The position numbers and the translations under genes were made by a program. DNA of 30,765 bases from a virus (lineage: Duplodnaviria; Caudoviricetes), in IMG/VR virus record IMGVR_UViG_3300032312_000213, positions 1 through 30,765 of that record, one strand, 5' to 3'. The notes under the pieces were generated by a model. It searched no databases, was not told where the DNA came from, and saw only the letters and a list, made by a program, of their open reading frames with translations. Shown piece after piece: positions 16,585-25,696 of the stretch (the stretch's first letter is position 1; each line of letters opens with the position of its first letter).

Positions 16585-17935
16585 TGAGCAGTATTGTCGT
16601 AAAGTAATTCCATTCATTAAGAAAGAGTATTTTGCCGATAGAAAAGAAGCCATCCTTGCAGCACAAATTGTAGCATTCTTTAACGAATATAACAAACCTG
16701 CCACAAAGGATGTCCTTCAAATTGAAGTTGGGAATCGTAAAGATTTAACTGATAAAGAGTTAGCCGAACTTCAAGATTTTATCGGCAAGTTGGAACATGA
16801 ACCAGTCAATGATGATTGGATGTTACAACATACAGAGAAGTTTTGTAAGGATCGTGCAGTTTATAATGCGATTCTTAATTCAATTTCTATTATTGATGGT
16901 AGGGATAAGAACCATACTCAAGATGCGATCCCATCAATCTTGAGTGATGCGTTATCAGTCACATTTGACAACCATGTTGGTCATGATTACTTGGATGACC
17001 ATGATGCTCGCTTTGACTTTTATCACAGGATTGAAGAGAAAGTATCCTTTGACTTGGATATGTTCAATAAGATTACTAAAGGTGGTCTGTCCAAGAAAAC
17101 TCTGAACATTGCACTAGCAGGTACTGGTGTTGGTAAATCATTGTTTATGTGTCACATGGCTGCAGGAGTTTTGACACAGGGCAAAAATGTATTATACATA
17201 ACTATGGAAATGGCAGAAGAGCGAATCGCAGAGCGTATTGATGCGAACCTCTTAAACCTAACCATGGATGAATTGAAAGTTGTAGACAGAGATATTTACG
17301 AAGGTCGTATTGATAAGATTGCCAAGAAGACACAAGGTAAACTTATCATTAAAGAATATCCAACTGCAGGTGCTCACACTGGTCACTTTCGTGCATTATT
17401 GGAAGAGTTAAAGTTGAAGCGTGACTTTAAACCAGATATTATCTACATTGATTATCTGAATATTTGCGCAAGTCAACGAATGAAGCAAGGTGGCTCTGTA
17501 AACTCTTATACATATATTAAGAGCATTGCAGAAGAAATTCGTGGTTTGGCAGTTGAGTATAATGTTCCTATTGTATCAGCTACTCAAACTACTCGTGGTG
17601 GATTCACTAACTCGGATCCAGGACTTGAAGATACTTCTGAATCTTTTGGTTTGCCAGCAACTGCTGACTTTATGTTTGCTTTGGTCAGCAATGAAGAACT
17701 AGAAGGATTGAATCAAATTATTGTTAAACAATTAAAGAATCGTTACAATGACCCAAGTTACTTTAAGCGATTTGTGGTTGGAATTGATAGAGCGAAGATG
17801 AAATTGTATGATGTTGAAGCAAGTGCTCAAACAGGACTAGCTGATGCAGGACAAGATGACGATGAACCAATGTTTGATAAAAGTAATTTTGGTCGCAGAC
17901 AAAAAGCAGAATCGTTCGAAGGATTTAAGTTTTAG
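16544..17935 (+). CDS. gp41: DnaB-like replicative helicase
   Basis: LAGTGVGKS, YITMEMAEE, IKEYPT, IDYLNI, SATQTTR, TSESFGLPATAD, KQLKNRY. Confidence 0.96.
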   Translation: MRIEQKILTNLIYDEQYCRKVIPFIKKEYFADRKEAILAAQIVAFFNEYNKPATKDVLQIEVGNRKDLTDKELAELQDFIGKLEHEPVNDDWMLQHTEKFCKDRAVYNAILNSISIIDGRDKNHTQDAIPSILSDALSVTFDNHVGHDYLDDHDARFDFYHRIEEKVSFDLDMFNKITKGGLSKKTLNIALAGTGVGKSLFMCHMAAGVLTQGKNVLYITMEMAEERIAERIDANLLNLTMDELKVVDRDIYEGRIDKIAKKTQGKLIIKEYPTAGAHTGHFRALLEELKLKRDFKPDIIYIDYLNICASQRMKQGGSVNSYTYIKSIAEEIRGLAVEYNVPIVSATQTTRGGFTNSDPGLEDTSESFGLPATADFMFALVSNEELEGLNQIIVKQLKNRYNDPSYFKRFVVGIDRAKMKLYDVEASAQTGLADAGQDDDEPMFDKSNFGRRQKAESFEGFKF

Positions 17936-17943
17936 GAGAAAAT

Positions 17944-19263
17944 ATGACTAAGGTAATCGTAGCAAAACAGAAACATGATATGACTCATATGCTTGGACAA
18001 TTTCCAGATGAGAGTCATTATGATTTCCTCATTGAAGAGGACTGTGATGTTTATATGCCAGAAATTCCTGGACATCCAGAAATGACATACTCTGAAGAGA
18101 GGATTGTTTTAAAGTTCCGTAAGAATTATTTTACACAGGAACAACAAGATCAAGCATATATTGGTCTGCGTGAAGCAGCAACTGAAACACAGAACAGAGG
18201 TATGGCTGCTGGTCCAAGAGCAGAGAAGTTGGGTAATCGTGAGTGGGTCACTGAGTATGAATACGCAGTGATTGACTACTTTACAAATCCAGGTGCAAAC
18301 TTGTATGGTGATGATCCAATTGAAGACATTCGTGCAGAGTTTAGAGGTAAGAAAGAATCACCATCTACTCGTAACAATGTTTGGGGTATTCAAGCAGTTA
18401 AGAAAGATAACTTTGTTTTTGAAGATTGGGTTGATGCCACTAAGAATCTTTCTGTTGAAGAAATGAAGAAAGAAGTTAAGCGTATTGCCGACAAGTATGT
18501 ATGTCAGACTACCTATGCCAATGGTGTTATGTCTGGTATTGCTGGTTGGTTCGATCGTTATCCTCGTCTTCCTTATGGTCGTGCAACATCTTATACTGCT
18601 CGTGAACCAGAAAAGTTCGCAATGGCTTATCCATTCCTCCAGCAACTTGCACAAGGTTTCAAAGACTTGTTGCCATGGAGATATAATAATCAAATGGAAG
18701 CAGCAAAGAAAATGGATCCTCGTTTCTTAGTTCCTGAAACACCATTTACTACTGTTACTGTGAACAAGTCATTTAGAACTGCATGTCACTACGATGCAGG
18801 TGACTTGACTTCTGGTCTTTCCAATCTATTGACTCTAACAAACAATGGTAACTACAAAGGTTGTTATTTGGTTGCACCAGAGTATCGTGTTGCTGTCAAT
18901 CCAAGACCTGGAGATTTGCTATTGATTAACAATCACGAAGTCATGCATGGTAATACTCAGATTGAATTGCTTGATGATGTGGCAGAAAGAATTTCATTGG
19001 TTGTTTACTTCCGTGAAAAGATGCTTGAGTTGGGTTCAAAAGAATACGAAGATTGCCGATATGATTATGTTGAATCTCGTAGAACCAATAAAGAACACGC
19101 AGGACATATTGGTCGTAATCTTTGGAATGGTATCGATCCAGGAATGTGGGATAGTAAAGAGTGGTATGATTACCTAGAGTCTAAACTTGGCACTGAAGTG
19201 TTAAACAAATACCATCCACCAAAGACTACAACAGTTAATGCACTTGAGGAGTTCTTCGGATAA
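17944..19263 (+). CDS. TET/JBP-family 2OG-Fe(II) dioxygenase (putative 5-methylpyrimidine DNA oxidase)
   Basis: FTTVTVNKSFRTACHYDAGD (HxD), GDLLLINNHEVMHGNT (distal His), ERISLVVYFREKM (2OG-binding Arg); C-terminal ALEEFFG. Confidence 0.78.
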   Translation: MTKVIVAKQKHDMTHMLGQFPDESHYDFLIEEDCDVYMPEIPGHPEMTYSEERIVLKFRKNYFTQEQQDQAYIGLREAATETQNRGMAAGPRAEKLGNREWVTEYEYAVIDYFTNPGANLYGDDPIEDIRAEFRGKKESPSTRNNVWGIQAVKKDNFVFEDWVDATKNLSVEEMKKEVKRIADKYVCQTTYANGVMSGIAGWFDRYPRLPYGRATSYTAREPEKFAMAYPFLQQLAQGFKDLLPWRYNNQMEAAKKMDPRFLVPETPFTTVTVNKSFRTACHYDAGDLTSGLSNLLTLTNNGNYKGCYLVAPEYRVAVNPRPGDLLLINNHEVMHGNTQIELLDDVAERISLVVYFREKMLELGSKEYEDCRYDYVESRRTNKEHAGHIGRNLWNGIDPGMWDSKEWYDYLESKLGTEVLNKYHPPKTTTVNALEEFFG

Positions 19264-19955
19264 TGTGTAGCGTAATTGGAGCCATTATCAAAGAACCATC
19301 CGCAGAGGATTTCTTAATGCTACATCGTGTGTTCCTTGAGTCTAAGATTCGAGGGATGCATGCTACTGGAATCTCCTATGTTAAACATGGGAAGATTATA
19401 ACAGACAAGCGTCCAGTTCCAGCTGACCAATTTCCATTTAACTTTCCAAGTTATGTGAACGAAGATGGTAGTCTTTATCTAATTGGTCACTGTCGTTACA
19501 GTACGAGCGATTTAGAATTCAATCAACCAATTGCCAATGAGAACCTTTCGGTAGTTCACAATGGAGTTATCACTCAAGAGTTACCTGAGAAGTGGAAAGA
19601 ACTCTATGGTTATGATTGTGAAACTAAAAACGATACTGAATTGATTTTACATACAGCAGAAGATTGTATCAGTCCATTATTAAGATGGAAAGATTCTAGT
19701 CTTGCAGTTGTAGAGTTACATGTTGATAAAGTTATTAGGTTTTATCGCAATGGCAAGCGACCATTATACTTGACAAATATCCCAAATGGATGTATAATTA
19801 CTTCTACCTCTGATGTTCCAAAACGAGCAGAGGTTGGAGGATTCCCTATCAATACCTTGATGAATCACTATATTACATTTGATGCAAATCTTGCAATGAC
19901 AATAGAAAAAGAAATCATTGAAGATGCTACGGATCTACAATATGAATTTTGTTAA
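19263..19955 (+). CDS. Class II (Ntn) glutamine amidotransferase domain protein
   Basis: N-terminal Cys2 (MCSVIG), RGMHATG, GHCRYST, NQP, VHNGVI, NDTE, RPLY. Confidence 0.88.
   Translation: MCSVIGAIIKEPSAEDFLMLHRVFLESKIRGMHATGISYVKHGKIITDKRPVPADQFPFNFPSYVNEDGSLYLIGHCRYSTSDLEFNQPIANENLSVVHNGVITQELPEKWKELYGYDCETKNDTELILHTAEDCISPLLRWKDSSLAVVELHVDKVIRFYRNGKRPLYLTNIPNGCIITSTSDVPKRAEVGGFPINTLMNHYITFDANLAMTIEKEIIEDATDLQYEFC
19770..19798 (+). promoter_or_regulatory. Perfect sigma70 consensus promoter inside the amidotransferase CDS
   Basis: TTGACA-17 nt-TATAAT, with TG directly before the hexamer. Confidence 0.6.
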
Positions 19956-20583
19956 TTCAACGAGGGTTGAAGAGTTAATTAAAAACAGTCCAGCTGGTAA
20001 GAATACAAAATTCTTATCGGCTGCACATTCATTGTGGTATCGTTTTCACAACTATGACAAAGCACCACCACTGGCTTATGAAATTAATGGTGAAGTTGTT
20101 TGTTTAATCTTTGCCACATTTAATCGTGATAATTATAGTAACCTATACGAGATTGTTACACTTGAAGGAAATGAGGGTAAGGGTTATGCATCAAAGTGTT
20201 GGGATATGTGGATTGATTATGCTGTGAATGAAAGAAAGATGACTAGACTAAAAATGTCCTGCACTCCTTCTTCAGTTACATGGCACTATAAGAATGGTTT
20301 GATTTGGTGGGCAGTAGATCCAACAGGTTCACTTCGTTCAGACCAACCATTGTTCCCAACAAGAGCAGAGCAGATTGCTTATCGTGATAATGCTATTGTT
20401 AATCCGTTACAAGCACTACCACCATATAAAGCACGAGAACAATTTCGTGCCGAAGGTTTAGAATCGTATAAGTGGGGTGAGAAGAAGAAAGCAAAAACAC
20501 AAACTGCAATTGATGCAGTGGGTAAAGCATGGCTTCGGGATGCTTTAATGGAACAACCTTCACTTGAAGAATTTTTATTATAA
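19942..20583 (+). CDS. GNAT-fold acetyltransferase-like protein
   Basis: NLYEIVTLEGNEGKGYAS (acetyl-CoA loop-like), WHYKNG; C-terminal SLEEFLL. Confidence 0.62.
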   Translation: MNFVNSTRVEELIKNSPAGKNTKFLSAAHSLWYRFHNYDKAPPLAYEINGEVVCLIFATFNRDNYSNLYEIVTLEGNEGKGYASKCWDMWIDYAVNERKMTRLKMSCTPSSVTWHYKNGLIWWAVDPTGSLRSDQPLFPTRAEQIAYRDNAIVNPLQALPPYKAREQFRAEGLESYKWGEKKKAKTQTAIDAVGKAWLRDALMEQPSLEEFLL

Positions 20584-21602
20584 TGGATTATCGTTTAGAA
20601 CAAAATCGTAGGGAAGCGTTTATTCGCTGGTATGCGTGGTCATTGAAGTATGATGATTGCGACCCAGCAGTATGGGCAACTAACTACCTACATAAAAGAT
20701 ATGAACATAACGATGAACAAAAGTTATGGTTATGTTGGTTGTATGGTAACACATACTATCTTCCAACTGCTTGGATTCTCATGAATGAGTTTCCTGACTT
20801 TGAGTTGGCCACTGTTGATCGTATGACTCAGTGGAATACTACCAACTACAAACGATTGCGTTATCAAACTGATACAAAGTGGAACAAGGGACATTTGCCA
20901 ACCATGTTTGCCTCTTATCAACAATTCATTGGCAATGCAACTCAAAGAGAAAAACTGGAGTCATTTTATGGATACAATGAGGAAGAGAACTTTGATAACT
21001 TGTGGCAAGGCACTAAGTCTAGCTTGCACAAGTTTGGTCGTTATAGTACTTGGTTTTATCTTCAGCATCTTAAGCATACCGCTGGTGTTCCTATCAATCC
21101 TACTTCTCTCATGTTGGACGATTATGATGGCTCTCGCTCTCATCGTAATGGATTACTTTATGCCATCGGACAAGAAAACAGTGTGGATAGAAAACTCACT
21201 GGAGTGGAGTATGCAAATCTTGAATCAAAAGCCAATGAGATTCTTGCAGAGACGAAAGCGAGATTTCCAGAACTCGCATCATCTATAGATTACTTTACAA
21301 TGGAAACTTGCTTGTGCTCATTTAAGAAAATCTTTAGAGCGAATCATGGCAGGTATCTTGGATATTATCTTGACAGACAAGCAGAAGAAATTATGCAATG
21401 TGAGAAAGACGGATGGTATGGTATTGACTGGGATGTTTTATGGCAATCTAGAAATGAAACCATTGATATAAGATTAGACCATAAAAATGGTATTGATAAA
21501 GATAGATTTAGTTCATTCCTTAACTCTGGTAAAATTGAGAACTTGGAATGGATGTTTGATGATGAAGAACCTGTTTTATTAGGATTGGAGATGTTTGCAT
21601 GA
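20583..21602 (+). CDS. alpha-glutamyl/putrescinyl thymine pyrophosphorylase-like (amino acid:DNA transferase, HhH-glycosylase fold)
   Basis: DCDP, KFGRYSTWFYLQHL (HhH-like), METCLCSFKK, YLGYYLDR; neighbours are a TET/JBP oxygenase and a P-loop kinase. Confidence 0.72.
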   Translation: MDYRLEQNRREAFIRWYAWSLKYDDCDPAVWATNYLHKRYEHNDEQKLWLCWLYGNTYYLPTAWILMNEFPDFELATVDRMTQWNTTNYKRLRYQTDTKWNKGHLPTMFASYQQFIGNATQREKLESFYGYNEEENFDNLWQGTKSSLHKFGRYSTWFYLQHLKHTAGVPINPTSLMLDDYDGSRSHRNGLLYAIGQENSVDRKLTGVEYANLESKANEILAETKARFPELASSIDYFTMETCLCSFKKIFRANHGRYLGYYLDRQAEEIMQCEKDGWYGIDWDVLWQSRNETIDIRLDHKNGIDKDRFSSFLNSGKIENLEWMFDDEEPVLLGLEMFA

Positions 21603-22024
21603 ACGATACAATTACATTAACTGCAAGTGGTGGGACTATGGATGATTTGGGTGTTATTACTACCACTGGAATTTCGCCACTAACAATGGGTGCTGCTGGA
21701 ACTTATACTATTTCCACCACTAGTGGAAGCACAATCACACTCGGTGTATCTGAAGAAGATATTTTAGAAACATGGGAAATGAATCGTGTGACAGTAGACC
21801 ATAAGGTACAAGAACATGAGTTGCTTAAACTCAAAGAAACTGTACCAACCTATGCAGATGAAATCAAGGAAAACTTGACAAAGACTGTTGCACGAGATAT
21901 AATGAAGAAAATAACATTCACGAAGAAACACGATAAAGATGCAGATGTGCACCACTTTATTGGTCGTGTATGGGTATTTACTGAAGACGAATTGAAGTCG
22001 CTTATTAGAGATGTGAAGGGTTGA
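21599..22024 (+). CDS. Hypothetical protein with Thr/Gly/Ser-rich N-terminus
   Basis: 141 aa ORF overlapping both neighbours inside the cluster. Confidence 0.65.
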   Translation: MNDTITLTASGGTMDDLGVITTTGISPLTMGAAGTYTISTTSGSTITLGVSEEDILETWEMNRVTVDHKVQEHELLKLKETVPTYADEIKENLTKTVARDIMKKITFTKKHDKDADVHHFIGRVWVFTEDELKSLIRDVKG

Positions 22025-22026
22025 TA

Positions 22027-22569
22027 ATGCGTAAGATTGTAGCTGTGGGTGGAAGTCCTGGAACTGGTAAAACTACATTGTTCCGTAAGTTCATGGAGAG
22101 CCATACTTGGGAGAAAGTCGAACCAAAGAAGATGCTCCCTGCACTCTATTGTAAAGAATTAGACTTATACATCCTAGGGAAGTACGAGGATGGAGAAACC
22201 TTTGCTGGAACGGATCGCCTTTCAATGGCAGTCCAACCCATTGCACAGGAGTTCGTTAAAGAGACTACCTCCAACATCCTATTTGAGGGGGATCGAATCT
22301 TTAATCAGTCTTTCTTAGAGTTTGCAATGAATCTACAGGAAGTTGATTTACAAGTGGTCTTCCTAAAAGCACCAAAAAGTGTCCTAGAACAGAGATATAA
22401 GGATCGTGGTTCTGACCAATCTGAGCAGTTCCTAAAAGGCAGGGAAACTAAATATAGTAATCTGCTGTCAAACTTCGATTTGATGCCCTATATTACTGAG
22501 TTCAATAACACTAACTTAGAGGAACAGGGGAAAGCACTAACATTCTTGGAGAAGCATCTAAGGGTGTAA
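22027..22569 (+). CDS. P-loop nucleotide kinase (putative 5-hydroxymethylpyrimidine DNA kinase)
   Basis: GGSPGTGKTT Walker A, GTDRLSM, LFEGDR, lid R..DRGS. Confidence 0.7.
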   Translation: MRKIVAVGGSPGTGKTTLFRKFMESHTWEKVEPKKMLPALYCKELDLYILGKYEDGETFAGTDRLSMAVQPIAQEFVKETTSNILFEGDRIFNQSFLEFAMNLQEVDLQVVFLKAPKSVLEQRYKDRGSDQSEQFLKGRETKYSNLLSNFDLMPYITEFNNTNLEEQGKALTFLEKHLRV

Positions 22570-22584
22570 GCGTTTTCTAGGAAT

Positions 22585-23301
22585 ATGAAATACCTAGATT
22601 CGACAACTTTCGACTTTATGGAAATGCTCAATTTTCACGAGCGTCCATTTAGAGCAAAGTTCATACCTGTAAAAGTATGGAAAGACCTTGATAACTATCG
22701 CAACGATGGGAAGGGACTTTCCAACTACTTTAAGAAGTGGCGAACTAAGGTAGAATTCCGTCCAGAGCCAAGCAAATCCAAAACCTATAAAGAGTATGTT
22801 GCAACTGGAGGAGAATACGATCCAAATGAACGACAATGTGCTCTACACATCTATTCAACTAATTTTGATAAGCACAAATTTTCAGACAAGTCTTGGAATA
22901 AATTCAAGTATCGTGTGATACAAATCCAGATGCATGAGTTAATACACTTTATGCAGTACGATCGTCGTAGCGATATTTGGCATAATTATGTTGTTCCCTT
23001 TAAAAAGGTTCAACATGAAAAGAAAAACTTAGAGAGAAAGTACCTTTCTGAGTTTGACGAAATTCAAGCATATGCACACTGTGTTTATATGGACTTTAAA
23101 ACCTATAGACCAAACATCTCAGTAGAAGAACTCCTGTCTCGTGCAAAAGACTATAAGGATTCTAAGACTCTACACTATTTCCTAAAAACCTTCGATTACG
23201 ACTATAAGAACAATGTTGCTATCCCAAAGATTATGCAACAAGTTATGAAGTGGGATCGTAAGTATCAACGAGCGCAACGAGCCTACAGGAAGCCTAAATA
23301 A
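22585..23301 (+). CDS. Hypothetical protein with HExxH zincin-like motif
   Basis: MHELIHFMQY followed by YLSEFDEIQAYAH. Confidence 0.6.
   Translation: MKYLDSTTFDFMEMLNFHERPFRAKFIPVKVWKDLDNYRNDGKGLSNYFKKWRTKVEFRPEPSKSKTYKEYVATGGEYDPNERQCALHIYSTNFDKHKFSDKSWNKFKYRVIQIQMHELIHFMQYDRRSDIWHNYVVPFKKVQHEKKNLERKYLSEFDEIQAYAHCVYMDFKTYRPNISVEELLSRAKDYKDSKTLHYFLKTFDYDYKNNVAIPKIMQQVMKWDRKYQRAQRAYRKPK
23294..23300 (+). promoter_or_regulatory. Late-promoter-like CTAAATA
   Basis: Immediately upstream of the 23325 gene block. Confidence 0.5.
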
Positions 23302-23324
23302 TACCAGAACGCTTTCTGGAGATA

Positions 23325-24386
23325 TTGATGGGTAAATTGAACGAAGGAGATGTTATTGAAGGCATCTTCACTATTGGGTTATCACTATACATTGCTCACA
23401 ACAAGGTTGAGAAGTACAAACTCAACAAAATTAGAACCGAAGTAGACCCACAGATGTTTAGTACTGGGCGATTTACTTATACGGTTGCAGAAAATCTCCC
23501 CAAGCAAAAAGGTTCTAAACCAACTGATACATTTACAGTTAGGTTTGAATTAAGGTTAAAAACAGCCACCACCGCAGAAGCGTTTGGTGATCATTATCAA
23601 TTGTTGTATAAGTCTTCCAAAGACATTGGTAATTTAGATAAGAAGATTGACCAGTTTATCAACTCTATAAATTACGGTAACTTTGCAAGACGAGTTAACC
23701 AAGTTACATCTAGATTCCTTGATAATAATAAGGGTGAACGAGTTATGTTTACTGTTATTGGCGATGGTATAGAAGGTGAACAATCTGGTGGTGAAGTTAA
23801 AGGTGATGTCCGTTTAGAAGTATGGGCAGAAATAGGTAATAAGAAACAGAAGATTGATGCTGGAACTATTCCATTTTCACTAAAGTCAGAAAACAAAACA
23901 GTGGCTAGTTTATCACCATATCATGGGATGTTAAATATGGCTAAGGCTTTAGGTATTACTTGGGATGCTGAAGAGAAATATTCTAGATTAGCTGGAATGT
24001 TTAGAACTGATGCAGAGAAAAAAGAAAAGTTCAAAATGATTCGTGCAATGTATAACGATCTAAAAGAACATATTGTAGCAGCATCGTCTGGCGCAACATT
24101 TTCAAACAATGCTTACAGTTTCTTAGAAAAGAATTTATTTGGAACAGACTTTGCTGATGTTATTGATATTCAAAAGGGTAATGTTAAAGAAGTTACACAT
24201 AATAAATTTAAGACTATGTCTACCAAATCTAAATTATATGTTAAGACTGGTGGTGATGGTGGTAACAATTTGGTTTTTCACGATAAAGAAAACCAGAAAC
24301 CAATGTTTCAGATAAGAGCTAAATTAAGAGAACAGGCAAACGAAGCAAAGTTTTACCTTGAAATAGGTAAAGGTTTGTATGACTAA
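23325..24386 (+). CDS. Hypothetical protein, possible PD-(D/E)xK nuclease-like fold
   Basis: NEGDVIEG, KGDVRL, PFSLKS spacing suggests a restriction-endonuclease-like core; SD ggag. Confidence 0.5.
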   Translation: MMGKLNEGDVIEGIFTIGLSLYIAHNKVEKYKLNKIRTEVDPQMFSTGRFTYTVAENLPKQKGSKPTDTFTVRFELRLKTATTAEAFGDHYQLLYKSSKDIGNLDKKIDQFINSINYGNFARRVNQVTSRFLDNNKGERVMFTVIGDGIEGEQSGGEVKGDVRLEVWAEIGNKKQKIDAGTIPFSLKSENKTVASLSPYHGMLNMAKALGITWDAEEKYSRLAGMFRTDAEKKEKFKMIRAMYNDLKEHIVAASSGATFSNNAYSFLEKNLFGTDFADVIDIQKGNVKEVTHNKFKTMSTKSKLYVKTGGDGGNNLVFHDKENQKPMFQIRAKLREQANEAKFYLEIGKGLYD

Positions 24387-24396
24387 GAGTAAAACT

Positions 24397-25635
24397 ATGT
24401 TAAATTTTAAATCATTTCTTAAAGAAGAAATCCTAAACGAAGACTTGCTTTTAGAAGCAGAATCTTCATCAGTAGAATCAGATGATAAAGGTAAACTCCA
24501 TGAGTTACTTTTAGCAAAGTATCTGCATCCTCAAACCAAACTTCCAGAACATCATCGTTCATTCTCTGAGAATCCAGACCACGCTGGTACACCAGAGCAA
24601 GTACATGACAAGCTAAAGGAAAAGATTCCACCTGCAGCTTACAACGAGATCGATGGACATGCCAAGCAATCTGCTGAAGCATTTAAGCAAAGCATGAAAG
24701 ACCAAGGACATATTGGTGACCATGCTCACATCGGTAATGTTCATTGGACATCCAACGCTGACAAACCAAATGTTGCTGGTGACCACGAAAAGACTACTGG
24801 TGTTAAAGATGTAAACTCCAACGCTGACTTAATCGTTACGCTACACGACAAAGAAGGTAAGCCAGTTGGACACCATGGCATCTCTGCCAAATATGGTTCA
24901 CAAGAGCCGAACTATCGTAATCCAGGACTTGATGCATTAGAGAAAACTTCTAAGTTACCAGCTGGATCTCTTGGTGCTCCAATGCAACACCATACTGATT
25001 CTATGGAGAAACTAGGTTACACTGGTTCTGCTGATCAAAGAAATATTCAGACTAAAATTGATGAGATGCCTATCAACGACATTCGTCAGAAACATGCTGA
25101 GGGACTTGCTTCAATTCAAGCAGGTAAGAAACTATCAGGCAAAAAGAAAATAATGCATGAGCACTTGGAGAAGTTTATTCAAGCACACGATGCATTACCA
25201 GAGAAGAAGCAAGAAGCGTTCCGTCAACAAGCAGCACAAAGAGCAGAAACTGCTCGTGCGTCTAATCTTGCTGCAAGAACTCAGATGACGCAATCATTTG
25301 CTGCAGGTATGTCAAAGCACAAACCAGAAGAATTAGCAAATATTGTTCGTCAGAATGTATCACCAAATACGCACATTCCTCATACAGTTGTTCATAGTAA
25401 GGTTAAGGATAGTGGAGAAGCAGAATCCGTTATTAAACCAATGCACAGTTTAGCAGACGAACATCTAGCACAATTTAAGCCAGACTCTTTGCATGTAGTT
25501 CCAGGAAAAGGAACATCGGTTACTATTAAAGGTATCCATGCTAAGACTAATAAGCCAGTAGTTGCTGCTCGTTACACAATCAAGTCCTCCTCTGGTGCGC
25601 ATAAGAGCGCAGTAGGGACTTTTAAACTCCAGTAA
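24397..25635 (+). CDS. His-rich hypothetical protein, possible PD-(D/E)xK-like fold, with internal-protein-like N-terminus
   Basis: MLNFKSFLKEE..LLLE; KGKLHELL, NADLIV, GISAKY. Confidence 0.55.
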   Translation: MLNFKSFLKEEILNEDLLLEAESSSVESDDKGKLHELLLAKYLHPQTKLPEHHRSFSENPDHAGTPEQVHDKLKEKIPPAAYNEIDGHAKQSAEAFKQSMKDQGHIGDHAHIGNVHWTSNADKPNVAGDHEKTTGVKDVNSNADLIVTLHDKEGKPVGHHGISAKYGSQEPNYRNPGLDALEKTSKLPAGSLGAPMQHHTDSMEKLGYTGSADQRNIQTKIDEMPINDIRQKHAEGLASIQAGKKLSGKKKIMHEHLEKFIQAHDALPEKKQEAFRQQAAQRAETARASNLAARTQMTQSFAAGMSKHKPEELANIVRQNVSPNTHIPHTVVHSKVKDSGEAESVIKPMHSLADEHLAQFKPDSLHVVPGKGTSVTIKGIHAKTNKPVVAARYTIKSSSGAHKSAVGTFKLQ

Positions 25636-25690
25636 TCCCCTCAAGTCTGTAGGGTTATTGCTTGACAAAGATTGCAATTTAGGGTATAAT
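25634..25690 (+). promoter_or_regulatory. Palindrome plus sigma70 promoter
   Basis: aatcccctcaagtctgtagggttatt, then TTGACA(25662)-17 nt-TATAAT(25685). Confidence 0.75.
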
Positions 25691-25696
25691 AGTAAT

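Noticed and set aside
11839-17935. Inteins, introns or a split in gp43, UvsX or gp41
   Set aside because: Lengths (833, 357, ~463 aa) and motif order are normal; no splicing motifs seen
19263-19955. GlmS, PurF or AsnB metabolic enzyme
   Set aside because: Only the ~230 aa glutaminase domain is present, with no fused synthase domain; context points to base modification
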